From Styela clava (taxonomy: Eukaryota), in assembly GCF_964204865.1 (NCBI RefSeq), contig NC_135257.1, forward strand, positions 14,508,001 to 14,572,000: a stretch of DNA of 64,000 nucleotides. The letters are read 5' to 3'. The notes under the pieces are model-generated. The model made no database searches, was not told where the DNA came from, and saw only the letters and a list, made by a program, of their open reading frames with translations. Both the position numbers and the translations under genes were made by a program. Below are positions 15,301 to 30,300 of the stretch, piece after piece (positions within the stretch are counted from its first letter, which is position 1; every line of letters begins with the position of its first letter).

Positions 15301-18300
15301 CTGTATTATAATTTTTATGATATAAATAAATCTTACTACAATATGACATTATCATATAACGGACTAATATTTCTGGGTAAACTATATGCAGTCAACACTA
15401 CTACGAATATACAACTGAATTTAAAAAATTAAACTTAAAGATATTCGTCTACATTCAACAAGTTCTCATTATGGATATTGATTATGTAAATCAGGTTTTT
15501 GGGGTAAAATTTTCTATTTATTCAGTAAAATCGCGATTTGTCCAGAATTTCAGAATACTTGATATTTCACATATGGATATCCCCTGCTACTAACATATCT
15601 GACTGTCAATATCGCAGAAAGCGAAATTCCATCGCGATGATGACATTCAATTCCGGTGGGGGCGATCGTATTTCTTTCTTATAATCGCAGACGAATGTCA
15701 AATATTTCGGGGAAGTCATCAACACATTTTCCCTGGGTATCCATTTTGTTAAAAAAAATCGTAATTTTGTAAACTAACAATAACAACTATCAAATCAATT
15801 TGTAAAATCACAAATTGTCATATTTTTCGAAAAAACTACTCTAATTTTAGTCGAAATTTTGTGTTCTTTTGAAGACAAACATGACTACTAGTAACTCCAA
15901 CAAGTATACGCCTTCGAAGGCACGCGTCACAGCAAATGTACAAATTAGTGTTTGTTGTTTTTCGTTATGCTCCGTTTAAACCATTTTACAAGTTTTAAGA
16001 TCAACTATTTCTTCTAAGTCAAGCCCAGTTTCGCCGCAGGATCACGGTCTATTAACCTGAATAAAGTTGGCGGTTCTTCAAACACCAAACAGGGTGAAGG
16101 TTATTTCAATGTCAGAAGAGTAAAATTAAGTTCTAAAATGTTAGCAAAAAAGTTGTGATCATAAACTGGACTATCTTGGAAGCAATGACTCTACGATTCG
16201 CTCTATTAATTTGAAATGGATTTGGCAAAATTTGGCTTAAACTGAATTCGAAAATTATGCTTCGATAAAATAAATATTGCTCCCGTTTATCGCAGATTTT
16301 GCAGTTTTCGCAGATAAATTACAATGCGTATATATAATGTAAAATTTGAAAAAAAAAATATTCGACGCTATTCACGTCATTCGCTCATTACAAGGCATAT
16401 TAAGCAGTCAATAATCAGCCACGATATGTGAGGCGCTACTCTTCATTAAAGACCCACATCTCTACTTGGCAGCAAGCTGGTTTAAATTCGCGTTCATTAT
16501 CGTATTTATACAAAATGCAAGTAATTGTGCTGCAAGTTTATAACAGTATACGTTCGAACAAAATGAAAAAAAAAATTCCAAAATGAACAAGGTTGTAAAA
16601 TGTGATAGCAGACAGAATTGTTCCTAAGTTAAAAGTGTCGAATATCAAAGACTCTAAATTGGGCAAACGTAAAACGATACATTTGCTTGCAAAATAGAAG
16701 TTACATTTTGCAATTGCGGTAGTTGGGTTTGAAAATTTACAGTATACAAAAGTATATAATATATAATACTAAATCACCTTAAGTAAGGACCAATGATTTG
16801 TTTTTGATAATTGTCTTTCTCTTGAATCTACAATTGCCATTGTTCTGAATTGAAGGCTGTTTTCTAACCTAACCTAGTTAAGGTACCTCGGCAATACTTA
16901 AATTGAAACTTCGCTATATAGAATTGCATTATATATTACCTGAGAAAAATATTGGAATTCCAATAAAAAATATAGATACAAAAAATAACATTCATTTTGC
17001 TGCATACCTATTGCTAGCTACACAAAACACATTACACAAAATTCAGAGCTTATTCATTTAAAATTCACAAAATTCATTTAATAGGAAAGTTTTTCACTAC
17101 TCATACACAGCACCTTTAAAACCAAAAACCAGTTTTTCACGCTGTACTTGTTTACGTTTCCTGGTAAAAATTTAGTAGATAGAACGCTGTTCCCGCATGT
17201 ATGATGCCACCATAAAAGCAGTTTATTAATATTTTATTCAAAACGGCGCCAAGTATTCACAAATTATCTCTGAAATATCCACACATCCTATAATTAAACG
17301 ACCATATTTTCTATTTTCGGATTGTTAATCGGGATATTATAGGCATACATTGATGTATTATACGTAAAAATTAAGCTGAGAGTTTACTAGAACGTATAAC
17401 AGTTGAATAATACAAGGCCAGTGTAAAGTCCACTTCCCGCGATAAACATAACATAATAAATTTTTAAAATATGCCAATTTTCATTACCCGACCAGCCCGG
17501 GACAAACCGATACTTAGTCGATCAGACGAGATTTTACAATAAATGAATAAATCTTGATATTATATTCGGAAAGTTGTACGTTGTGAGGTCTGAGTTAGCA
17601 GTATCCCGTATCAATCGAGACCAAACCCTGATTGAATGCTGCTATGTCAAAAATCTCCTGGAATTACCCACCGACTATTAAACGACAAGGTAGAGAAATT
17701 AGTATCTCAACGTTGTCCACACTAGAAACTGCCACTTCCATTTTGCCAACACACGTCTACAAATCTCCAGTCTCGTCTTACGTTACCATAGTCGTCCCAA
17801 ATAAAACGAACTGAATATTAAACATATCATCGAAATTGCACAATTCGTGTGGTAAATAATACACAAGCAACTACACTCCCTTCCTCGCTCCCAACGCACA
17901 AATACTCCCTATAAAATTACGCCCATAATTGAAAATTCGAACCTTATCTCAACTCATACTATAAACTAGACCCATACTAAGTTTGATTTATCGATGAATC
18001 ACACTACAAATTGTCGGTATATTGTATTTGAGTAAACCTACAAGATGTCGTCTGCGTGAGGAACGTAACAGTTGGGTGTTATATCGCAAATTCGAACACA
18101 ATTAAACAGCAATCAAGTCGATAAATTACGTTTAAATATCACCAACTGAACACACCGTGTGTCGGCACATTTATCAATAAGGAAGAAGTTCAAACCAAGA
18201 CGAAAGTGATATTCTATTAATGAAATTACATACTGCCGATCGATATTCTGCTAACTTTAATTTGAAGGGTTTCCCAGACTCGCCATCAATCCAGCCAATG

Positions 18301-21300
18301 ACTGCCTCACTCAACTATACACAACTAAAATCTTTCTTCAAGTTCCAGATGAAATTTTATAATCTGACTCATATAAAAATTCTTAATCCAATAGTATCAC
18401 GATTACGGTAAATAAAAACAATCCAAGAGCCAAACTCCAATGCACTGCGATAGCTTAACACTTTTATATCGAAATCAATACCGAAGAACGGCTCGTGCTC
18501 GACTCAATGGAAAAACAATACGCTACCCTGTTATGTGAATATCAAATGTCTTTTTGATATTTCAATAACAGAAATATGTAGAGAATTCGACATTTCAATT
18601 CCAACAAATGTCTTGCACTGTAACGTCTTGGAGACTAATATCGATCAAGTGTGATTAAATTTAAATCCCCATTTGAAGCACAAATTATCTACATCCCATG
18701 CTAGAACATCACTACTTTCAGAAATAACCAATTATCTAAATAAAAATAAATGTAATTTCGGTGGCATTAATAATAACATTATGTAAATTCTTTTATTTCA
18801 AATGTGTGATATACCAAGCGTAAAGCAAATACCATCGGGGTAATAATATTGCGCTGTCGTGATCGTTTCTTGGAAAATCAAATGAACAACTGGCAGACGG
18901 TATATTGAGAATTTTCTAAGAAATAAGAAAGCATGTTGGATGTTGGGTTCATTTTTATTACTGGGTAAAACAGACTTTGTCATGTACAACTGGTGCATTG
19001 CTTTCTTCAATGATCATCATAAGGTTGCATATTATGTGGATTGTCGAAGACCTAACAAATTTAGATTTTCGTACAATGTAGTTTAAAAGTTCAATTATCT
19101 GCCTAGCCCTAATAGAATTGTCGTGTAAGGTTTTCATATACCCCTCCCTTTTTTATGCCGTTTCACAGCAAAGGTGAGGCAAATTTTAATCACTTTTAAG
19201 ATTTTAAGTGAATTTAATACTTGTATATACATTAGAAATTCCTATTTTTCCTCAAGGAAAAGCCCCTCATCACAATTACAAGCTTTACACCTCCTGCAGT
19301 TACATAATGTTCTAAGACAAGAGTATCAAAGTGCTTCGGATTTAATCTGCTTTTACAAAGTCACATCACATGACCATGACACCAAACTCTGTAAAATCCA
19401 CCTGAATTAGTCATTGTAAAATTTAGGGCTAGAGAGCTGGAGTCTGAGCTTGGAAAAACGAGCTGTGATATTTCAGTGGAGCTGGAGGCCAGAACTGAAA
19501 CCAAGCTTACTATACCAGATGGAGCTGGATCGGGAGATGGAGCTGCCAGAAATTTTAGTGGCTCCAGCTCCTCTTAACCATACAATTTTTGGTGCTCCCG
19601 AAGTATGCGCACCGGGATGTCGCTCAACCTGAACCCTAACCTGGTACACGTTTTACTGGTAACCTGTTAATTTCAAGTTGAATTTGTATGTCTAAAACTT
19701 TAAAAATAGATTTCACAGCTTAGGCTTATGTTTCATTGTAGTGTTAATACCAGAAAACATTGATGGTATGGAGCTGAAACCGAAGCTGTTCATGGCTCTA
19801 GGGATGAAAAATAGAGCTCTGGAACTGGAGCCGGAGCGATTGTTATTTCTAACCCACCCCCAGCCCTGGTAAAATCTATTTTTTTTTATTGGTGAAGTGA
19901 AACCCCAATATCCTTTGATTAATAAAAAAAAAATTAAAATATATTCATCTGCATCTAATTTAGAAATTTTCACAAATCCATCCATACTAAGAAGCATTGT
20001 AATTTGTAAAAACTATAAATTTTATAATAAGCAAATCTAATACAGGCAAAATGAAATTGGAAGTGTAGCAAGTTTAATGATAGCGACAAACCAGACAGCT
20101 ATTTTGATTATACTTGAGCAATATACACAAAATAATATAGACTTCCAGATTGAAATGAAAATCTGTGGAGCCCTAAGGTGTTGCAGAACGTTGGTTGAAA
20201 ACCACTGCGTTAAACAAACATGACCATAAAAAGGATTAATGTAATATTCTTACTTTGTGAGCCAGGCGATCTTTTTCTACTTTTGTCAAGCACAGAATAA
20301 ACCGGTTCAGGATTGCTAGAACGAGGTGGTGTTCGGCCCTGTCTGGCTTTTCTTGCGTTCTCAGGAGTGAGTTTTTCACTCTGAATTCTTCGTAAAGAAT
20401 CCTGGAAATCAGTGAAACTTTTACAAGAAGCTATAGCTAGGATACACTATTCAAAATAGATTGACTTAATGACTTTACCATGGTACAGTCTATCCTGTAC
20501 ACGTACAATACATTGTGCCTTATCAGGGACGTAGGACGGATTTTTTAAAAGGGGGGGGTCTGAAATTCATAAATTTATATGTAGAACAGCTGGCGGGTCT
20601 GGCCGGGGCTGAAAAAACCTGGGTTTTCGAGATTGTTAAGGGTGTAAAAAGCGCTTCAACCTATAAGAAATAGCATCTATGATACAGAGAAATGGGTTGC
20701 AAATGGGTTGATGAGGATACCATAAGTAGGGCATTGTTCTAATAATCGAAATATTTTTGACACATAGAATAAAGATTGTATTCCACCCCGGAATTTCATA
20801 GTTGATTACAATATTTTACTCAAACAAATAGTGGTTAGGTTACGAATATAGGTTTCGTATTATCAATGATTATGAACACCCTCTTATTTCTGAAAAGAAC
20901 AGTACGAATTGTCGAACCAAAGATTTTATTTCATTAGTTGAATTTAATTATACCGGTAATCACACTGATTTTTTCAGGGAATCAGAAGTCAAAAAATTAT
21001 TATTATTTTATTTACCAGATTTAATATAAGGAAAATAAGGCATATCAAATTATTATTATATTAAAAGACAAGTGTGAATTACACAATTATTCTTTTCAAA
21101 TAGCATTTATCTATTTTTCTGACCATTTTGACATTAACATTTAGACACAAGTCAAATATTTGACAATCCCATAAGCTTACAAAAATAATAGTGTTGAATT
21201 TTGAGATATTATTTCTAACTGTGTATTGAACAGAAATATGCAAACAAATGTGGATTTTCTAACCTTTTTTCCTAAACATTGAAGAGTTAGAATCACCTAT

Positions 21301-24300
21301 AAATATATTGTTTCTGCAAGTTATATCACTGACTAGTCAAGAAACAAGAATCAATAAGCAAAGAAATAATGCTACTCTAATGCCACCCAGAGGCAGAAAT
21401 TTCATCGAGCTTTTATCATACACATTTATTGAAATTTGCAATGAGAAAACTAAACCTTGGAGTAAGAATATGGCTTTCTATGTATGGCTGGTTTTAGGAT
21501 GGGAGGGAAAGAAGCTTTACTTCTGAGAAGTTAAATTTTCAACTGAAGCGAAAGAAGCTGAAATTGAAATTTTGCGGGAGCTGATGACAATTATTGAAGT
21601 CAGTATTGGAATCGGGTTAAGCCTAAGACAAAAGAAGAAACCCTATTTTCATGTTCAGGTTATTTACACAAGAACATTCACAATTGAAAAAAACGGTATT
21701 TTACCTGCTTTGCTTGATTAGGTTCCCGAGCACTAAGATTTCTTGTTAAATTGGTAGATACCTGTCCTCTATGAACCGGTGAAGCTGCTGTTTTTGTTAT
21801 GGGGGGTGGCGAAGGTGAGTGTCTCTGATGGGGTCTAGGTGACTTGGGCTGAGTGAGTTGTGGTGATTCTGGTCTGAGTGATGAGACCGGAGGTGAAGTT
21901 GCAACTGAGGGTGGTTGATGGGTTAAGGTTCCCTGAGAAAAGGAAAAAATATTTATAAATATGAAATGAATAAGAGGGTAGTGGTAAAAAATATGGCCAT
22001 TGCATTCATGTGACCCCTGCAATATTCACAGGATTTCACCCAAATGTTGAAAAAAATCGTACTAAATGTCATATGAAGGTGTGTCTGCCTATTATAAAAA
22101 AAAACAGCAAAATTTGGGTGAAATATCATGCCCCATAGGAAATAGAAAATTGTAAAAAATAGTCTTCTAGCCACTTTTTCCATCTTCATGTAGTGCATTT
22201 GATATTGATTAGATCATTAGTTATGGAAAAAGGAAGTTAGTTACCATATATCCTCGTATATAAGCAGAGTTTAAAACTCAAAAAAAAGTTACAGTATATA
22301 CTCTTATACTATGATCGCACTAAAAATTCAGTTATAAGCACAAAACTCTGAACGCACTCAAACGAAATGACATTATGCAAACCTAATTCCAACAGCTACA
22401 ACTCGAACCAAGTTCTCACGATAAGAGCGTACGATTTGTAGGGTCGGCTTATATGTGCTGTTTTAGGGTCGTTTTTAGCGGGTGGGCTTATATGCGAAGA
22501 TATACTGTCTATGAAAATGCAATTTTTCGCACAGCAGCAACAACAATCTCAATGAGAAAAAACACAACCAACCATTTTGCAAATCGATCCATAGGTTCCA
22601 ATTTGTGTCCAGTTATAAAAAGTGTGTTAAATGCATATGCTGCGCTTCAGATTAGGGCTGGGAATGGTTAACCGGTAAACTGATTTCAGATGGTTAACGG
22701 TTACGATTTATTTTAACCGTTAACTGACATCTCAGGTACAAATCATCTTTATAATGTACAATTCTTTCAAAAATGATCACGTCATAGCAAATTTATCTCC
22801 TGTGGCGTTTGATTCAGAAGAATATCGCTAACTGTATTGGTGGGGACCTAATAAATGTGAAAATTATTTGAAGTTTCGTGAATAATTTTGAGCGATACAA
22901 GCTAAAACTGTAAATTATTATGTAAAACGTTACGCTGCGGTAAATCGGTTAATTTTACCGGTGAACGGTTGAAGTGTTTTCCCTGAAATTCCCAGCCCTA
23001 CTTCAGATACATATGTTTTTGAGTAAATACAAAAATTAGATCACGAAAGTATACATACTTTTATCTTCCTCAAAAAAGAATGTTTAGCTTTCAACTTTGT
23101 GTCTTTCTTATTCAATAATTCTTCTGCTTCTTCTGATTCTCTTAAGCTCTGAGAAAGAAAAAATCGACATCGAATCAACTTCAAAAAGTTCATTAATTCT
23201 TGGGAAAACCTTGCACATAGAATTTTTTTGACTGGTTGGTGAGTGGTTGGTATACTCACTGTAAATGGATGAAAATTTATCATGCTCAGGACCAGCTTTC
23301 TTTTTTTCTTTTTTTCAAAATTTGAGCTATATGAACTTCCCACATGGCACATTGAATTTAGCTTGGCTTAAACAAGTTTACTTAATTTGGTAAGCTTTTA
23401 TGAGCAAACTCAAATCAAATTTCTATAACTAACTTTTCATTCAGGAAGAACATACCGCATCATAATATATATGTTGGCAATGAAAATTGAAACGAAAATA
23501 AGGCAACTGTACCATTGATAACTCAAACGAAAGTACATAAAACAAATATCCATATTTTCACCTTCTCGTAGGTTTTAAAAAACTGCTCATGTAAATTCAA
23601 AATGTCAGTTTGGTCTTGTAGTTCTTCTTCCAATCCTATGGCAAATTTATCAGCTTGATCCAACTGGTTAGTATTACTGCAATAAAATAATACCAATTTC
23701 ATATTTAATCATATGGGCGTACCATGGCCTATTGCTGATTACCAGTCCACGCCAGGAATGATATTAGTTAGCCAGTTATTTGTTTCTGCAACATGGACTT
23801 GATGGTGGAGGAAGCCCTAATCAACCAGCAGTTACACGAACCACCATACAGTGGTGTAAAGTCCAGCGATCCTTCCGCACATGATTATCTCCCACAAGAT
23901 TCGTACCTGCGAATCCATGCAGAGTAATCAAAGCTGATATGACAAGCTAATTTCGAACTCTTAGCAAGTAATTCATGTTGGCAGATAATTGTTCATATAT
24001 TTGATATTGAATATAAGCAAAAGTTATCTCCAAGAAGTATTACAATGAGATTTTTCAAAGATTTACCATTTGAACTGTGCTTTATCTACTCTACATAGAT
24101 AAGCCGAAAGCATTAACAACTAGGCCATTACAGGCCTTATTTTTTTATTATTGGCAACAGCTAATGAAGATGATTTAATGCCTATTGTTAAGACAACAAA
24201 GACCAGTTCTAGTGAGACATTTGCTCATATGAAAAAAATAGAGATTCAAATAAATAAACTTACTCAACGGAGTCTACAGGTTTGTAGTAAGTATAAGGAT

Positions 24301-27300
24301 CAGTTTCTTCTGAATCAAAACTATTACCACGATCTGAAAAATAAAAACGGTAAATTAGAGGAAACTGAATGCCATTTTTAGGATCAACTTTTTGAAATAT
24401 CAGTGATTATAAATAATCAACATGTTACACAATTTATGAATTAAATTATAAAAATTAATCAGAAAGATTTACATTATAAATGCCGTAATACCTCGGTAGT
24501 CGAACGACTCGACACCCGAACAATTTGATAGTCAACTAAAAAATTTGAGTCAAAAATGCTGTGGCACTCGAACAGAAACTCGGAGCCCAACACCAGAGCA
24601 GAGCATGCAGCTGTGTTAGATGTCGCCACCTGAACCGCACATCTCTACTGCCTCTCGACAATTTAACAAGCATCAGTTCAGGTCAAAATGTTAGCGGGAT
24701 AACAAGTGTTGAGAAATTTTTGTGATTAAGTAAATTTTCTTGATTTATTTTCCTCCTGTATGCCATCAATGCTCAAAGGTAGAGTGAATGATACAAAATA
24801 GTTTATATTTTATGTTTAATATGTTAAATGTTTCTTATGTACATGTTAAAAGGATTGTTGTTTAGGTACACTTATAATTAAGTTTTTGGGTATTTTGGAA
24901 TGCGTAAGAACAGATTAAAATGATTACCATTGTTTCCTTTAACGAAAAAAGCTTTGGTACTCGAACAAATTGGTAGTCGAACACTAATCACGAACGAATT
25001 ATGTTCAACTACCGAGGCATCACTATACAGCATAATATTAATAAATGCTGTCGAAATCTATCTCCATAACAATGAAAATATAAAATGGAAGTGTTTTGAC
25101 TATAACAACCTAGTTTCACTTCCTCTAAAACTGTGATTTGTGAAAGTTAGGTGTTGAGTCAGATCTCTAATGAACCTAGATATCCAACTTCAGTTCTTAG
25201 TTTTTAGGAAAAATTAGATTTCAAAAACATGATCAATAATGATATTCTAGTACAGTGGTTCTCAAACTTTTTGGGCCGCGCCCCATTTTAAAGAAATAAG
25301 CTAACAATAAGCTACAAATAACACATAGTTAAAGCGAGGTACGTTTTATTCAAAAATCACATTGAAAATATGTGAAAGGAAGCACAATCTTCAAACCAGA
25401 CATGGGCAAAGTATGGCCCGCAGGCCAAATCTGACCAGTTGGTTAATCCAATCAGGCCAGCCTGATGCTGCCACAACCAAACTGAAATCAAATTTTGATG
25501 TTTCAGCTAAAATAGCTCAAAGAATCTGTTGAGATTGCGGTCAGATTTAGTTTTGGCACGAGGCTTATTGATTTCCACCTTTGCTTTGTAACACTGTAAA
25601 TATTGTTCATACAATGTAACTTTTTACGTCACACTCACATGGCCCGCCAATCTGAGTGAGCAAAATTTTTGGCCCCTGGTTTAAAAACCTTGCCCACCTC
25701 TGCTCTAAAATATAAAGAAATGTGAATATCCAAAAAGAGGCGGACAAGATCAAATCTAAGGCCCACCGTTTGAGAACTCCACTGTTCTAGTACATTGTTA
25801 ATATTAGATATGTGGAACCAGGATAAATATTCATGTTTCCTTTATGTTCTCATAACTATTTTTATTTAAAAATTCGAGCTTCAGCCTAGATCACAATTCA
25901 GGAACGCCTTAGTGACAGATCACACAATATGTGGCAAATCGCAAAAACAGCTGAACATTTGAGTCAAATGTCTTTCTTTATAAAAATCACAGAAGCCAAA
26001 TTATATTTTTTTTTACGAAATGCCTGTCACAAGTTTTACAAGGAAGAAGTAGACAAATTTCAATGGCCTATTTATCTTCATCTTAAAGCTAAAAACAATA
26101 ATTATTCTAAGACTTAGCAAGTAGACTGGCTTCTGGAAAGACAACCCACTCAATGTTACACTCAATGATAAGAAAAATCAATATATCGTCAAAACTAAAG
26201 AGATCTGTCTGCTGTAAATCAGAATGCATTCCTTTGCACCTTACCTATGGATTTCCTATAAACAGCTGATTTTATTTTATATTAAACTCCCTTTTTTCCC
26301 TTGTCATATCGATTTAACCCTCCAAGCAAAATGATTATAGAATCCTCAATAACTATGTCATTTTTCCGATGTATCTGAAAACTTCACAGAACTTAATTAA
26401 TATGAAATACTACTGAAAAAACGGAAATCTAAACTGATATCTGTGATAATTTAGCATTACTAATGCTGTGCACATACGTAGAGATCTAAAATCTATCTAC
26501 AAATAAAAACATATGCTGCTATAGCTAAACAACACGGCCATCTAAATATCCATCTTTAGATTGCTTGGTTAACGATTAGCTTTGGACAAATAACCCAGGG
26601 CGTTTAAATAGTAATATTAAATAATGTAGACACACAAATTCGATTCGAAAAATATGCCGGCATGAATGCGAGGTGGATGGACAAATACAACCAACCAAAA
26701 TTATTGATGGTATTGACCACAGGCACACAATATAGGATATCATATCTTGAGAGCACAGCATAGTGTGTCCACAAATTTGGAAATTTTTGAAACTTGTTCT
26801 ATGTTGTCAGCTAAAATCCTATGCAAATTCTTGTAAGAATTTTTCTAATTGATATTATTAATATATGACATATATAAATAAAAACAGATCTTCTCAACTT
26901 TAGGCGCTAAATGAGGATTTTATCAATAAGCTTAAACTTGAAATAATGAAGGATTTAATTCCAAAGCCAAATTAGTCTGAATTGGTTCGAATTAGTTTAA
27001 TAAAAAGTTCCTGCCTTATAGCATATGAAAGTTAAAATACTTTCGAGTGTATCTGTCTCTTCAGGCATATAATATATAAAGCATTAGTATATTGCTAAGA
27101 GATGACTGATACCTGGAGTATGGCTGATATGTGCTGGAGAACTATCAGAACGAAGTTTCATGCAATCATTTGGCAGATAGTAGGGATCATCAATTTGCTG
27201 AAAATATAAAACAATGTAAAAATATAAGGTAATGGCATTCCATGATACATTAATAAAATCATTCTGTGGCTATGAATCTGCAGAGAAGTTGCTAATTATG

Positions 27301-30300
27301 GAAAATTACTCCTTGTTCATATTTCCCCAGTCTGTGATTCACATGTAACTTTTGTAAATGTTTCTCATGACCATATCCAAAGTCTTTAATGACATATTTA
27401 GAAAGTAAATCAAGTGGTCCCACAATTCCGGTAACTCATCAACCACAGGGACAAAAAGAGATGAAAAAAATGGGAACATGTCACAACACTGACACAATAC
27501 ATTATGCCAATTTCATTGAATACCAGAAATCTGTTTCAGTATTTCGTGATTGTTGAAGTCTCAACAATTATTTAGACATCAATATGCAATATGTAAATGA
27601 GTCACATAAATTTTATCTCATAGTGTTTCTCTGGAGAATGAAATCATCTGAAGTATCGGAACACAGAAAAATACCAAGTATGACTTCATCGACAGTTTCA
27701 ATATATATCTAATTCAGTATATTGTTATGCTCAATTATCGAGCTAGCATTTTAATGACTCATGTTCAGGAACATAGGGGTTAATATAATAAGACTAATGT
27801 AATGTAATAGTAACTAGTAGTAACAAGTAATAGTATGGCAATCAAAGATGAAGATACTTTGAAAAAAAATTCAAATTCAAAAGTAACATTTGTCATACGA
27901 CATAATTCGAGTTTGACACTTTCCAAGAATCATATAAAGAACAGGGTAACAAATTGGACAAGCTAGATCAGCATTGTCCACTTTCAAACGATTATCTCTA
28001 CAAACATGAGAGACTGCATTATAAGACAATCACTGGACAAATTGCAGGAGTCATGTAAATGAAAATCTGATACTAAAAAAATTAATTTTGTTTACTAAAG
28101 CATGTTTTTTCACACAGCCCAATAAAATGGGATATGAAAAAGTATTTGAACAGCAAACATTACCTCAGTACTATAGACCTTACAAGAACAACAATAAACT
28201 TTGAAAACTTTCATCAGCAGCACCTCTGTCTATATCACACAAATCGTGTGCAAAATGATGTAAGCAAAAAAAAAACATTTTGCAACTGTAGTGATGTCCA
28301 ATATGATTTATTAAGTCATTTGTTGCATTGCATTTCGAAAACAATATTGGCCTCGGGCATTCTCATTTTATTAACTTTTCTGTCAAGTGTCAAAATGGAT
28401 ACCAAGATTGATATAGTATGGTTTGCACTATGCAACTTCCACCATGTAATGTTTGCAATATTTTGAGAGAGAGGAATATATTTGGAATACTGAAATATAG
28501 ATTTCAGTAACATTTTTTATGTGCAGTTTTGATTCGTCACAAAAACAACCAACTCAGAATTTTATTGGTAAAAGATATATAAATGCAGGGCATCATGAAA
28601 GTATTTTTAAATTTTAAAATGTTCAAGAGTATTGCAATTAAGATATTGCTCTTATTAGACATTCAAAATCCCATCAAATTTCTTAACAAAATTTTTGCGA
28701 AATTTCGCAAAAAGTGAATTGAAATTAATTATATATTATAGTACAAATATCGCATGTACTCAATCACAACAGGAATAAATTAAAAAATAAAAAAAATGTG
28801 TACATAAGGAAAGTCTGTATATTGTCTAACCAGTCTTGGAATGCTTGGCTATGTCTACATTTCTTGATCAATACTTGACGCAATAGGCAGAGATGTCTGC
28901 ATTTATAATAAAAATGTAACCTTCAGATGAACTTTAGTAGCTTTCAATAACCAGTACTAACTGTAAGAAATATATTAAACATATAACTGGTCTTACATCG
29001 ACGCTAGGTGAAAATGCAGGACTATGAAATCCAGTTGAAGAGGAGCTACTCGGAGTCCTTGGTTTATTTACTGTGGCATATATATAACTTTCCTCTTCTA
29101 TAGATGGATGTTCACCACCGTCTTTTCTAGGTGGATTGCGAGGACTTGGCTGTTGTAGATCACCTGTAATATGTTCATTACAAATATTTAGTGGAAAATA
29201 TAGATTATATTTTAAACAAAAATTAGTGTATAAAAAAGTCACTTTCTGACTGGAACTGACATTTAGTAAATTATGGTACGGACTACCACGCCATAAAGCC
29301 CTATGAATGTCCTAAGTCAATGGTTCTCAAACTTTCAAGATACGTGGGCCCCATTTCAAAGACTTGTGATGTGATATTCAAAAATACCCAATTTTGCTTT
29401 TAATGTGTCTCAACCAGTTTCAAAATATTTTCAATTGAACTAAGACACATTTCTATCGGATTAATGGGATATGAAAATCCCTGAGCACAACCAATAATAC
29501 ATATTAGCCGACCTTGAAATATAGAAGAATAAAAATATAGGGAGAACAACACTTACGACTTGCTCCAAAATGAGGACGAGCTGAATTGATTCTCTTGATA
29601 TTACTTTCCGCTGGAAATCTTCTCTGTGCAACAGGTGACCTCGGACTAAATATAACAAATAATTACCAATTTTTAACAGTCGTTCAATAATGTACAAGAT
29701 ACCCAATTACCCATCAGGTATATTCATGTTGAAGATAAAAAAAAGCATAAGTGATGTTAGCAAAACAATGTAATTTCTCAGCGATTCGAACCAGTTGTGC
29801 TATATTTACTCAAAATGTAAAATATATAACTCTCAATCCTAACTAAATGATTAATAAAACAATAATTAACATAAATTCTCAAAATCAAGTCAATCAAAGA
29901 CTAAAACACTTTTCTAGTCATTCTCAAACTTATTATAATCACTACCAATCTCAAATTAGTTACATTGTAATTACATAAGCACATCACACCAAACGTTCAA
30001 ACAAAAACAATTTATAAATCATAATGTTATTTAAGTAATTAATTCACAGTGCAGAATATTAGATTTTACAAGACTGAAAACAATTAGTCACCAAATTAGT
30101 CATGAAATTAAAAATAATAAAATGTATATAGAATTCTTGTGCTGTTAATTGTCAGGAAATGCAAATCAGTTGTCAAATATCAAAACATAAGACCATAAAG
30201 AAGCAATTTATTTTACTAATCCAAAGATTTTTGGACAAATTTTTATTTTGGACAAATTTTTATTTTCTCAGACTCTCAGTAAAGACCGTTTCTGCTATTG

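Noticed and set aside
20524-20640. GC-rich CAGGGACGTAGG...GGGGGGGG segment resembling a transposon end
   Set aside because: No matching opposite end or TSD found, so boundaries cannot be supported
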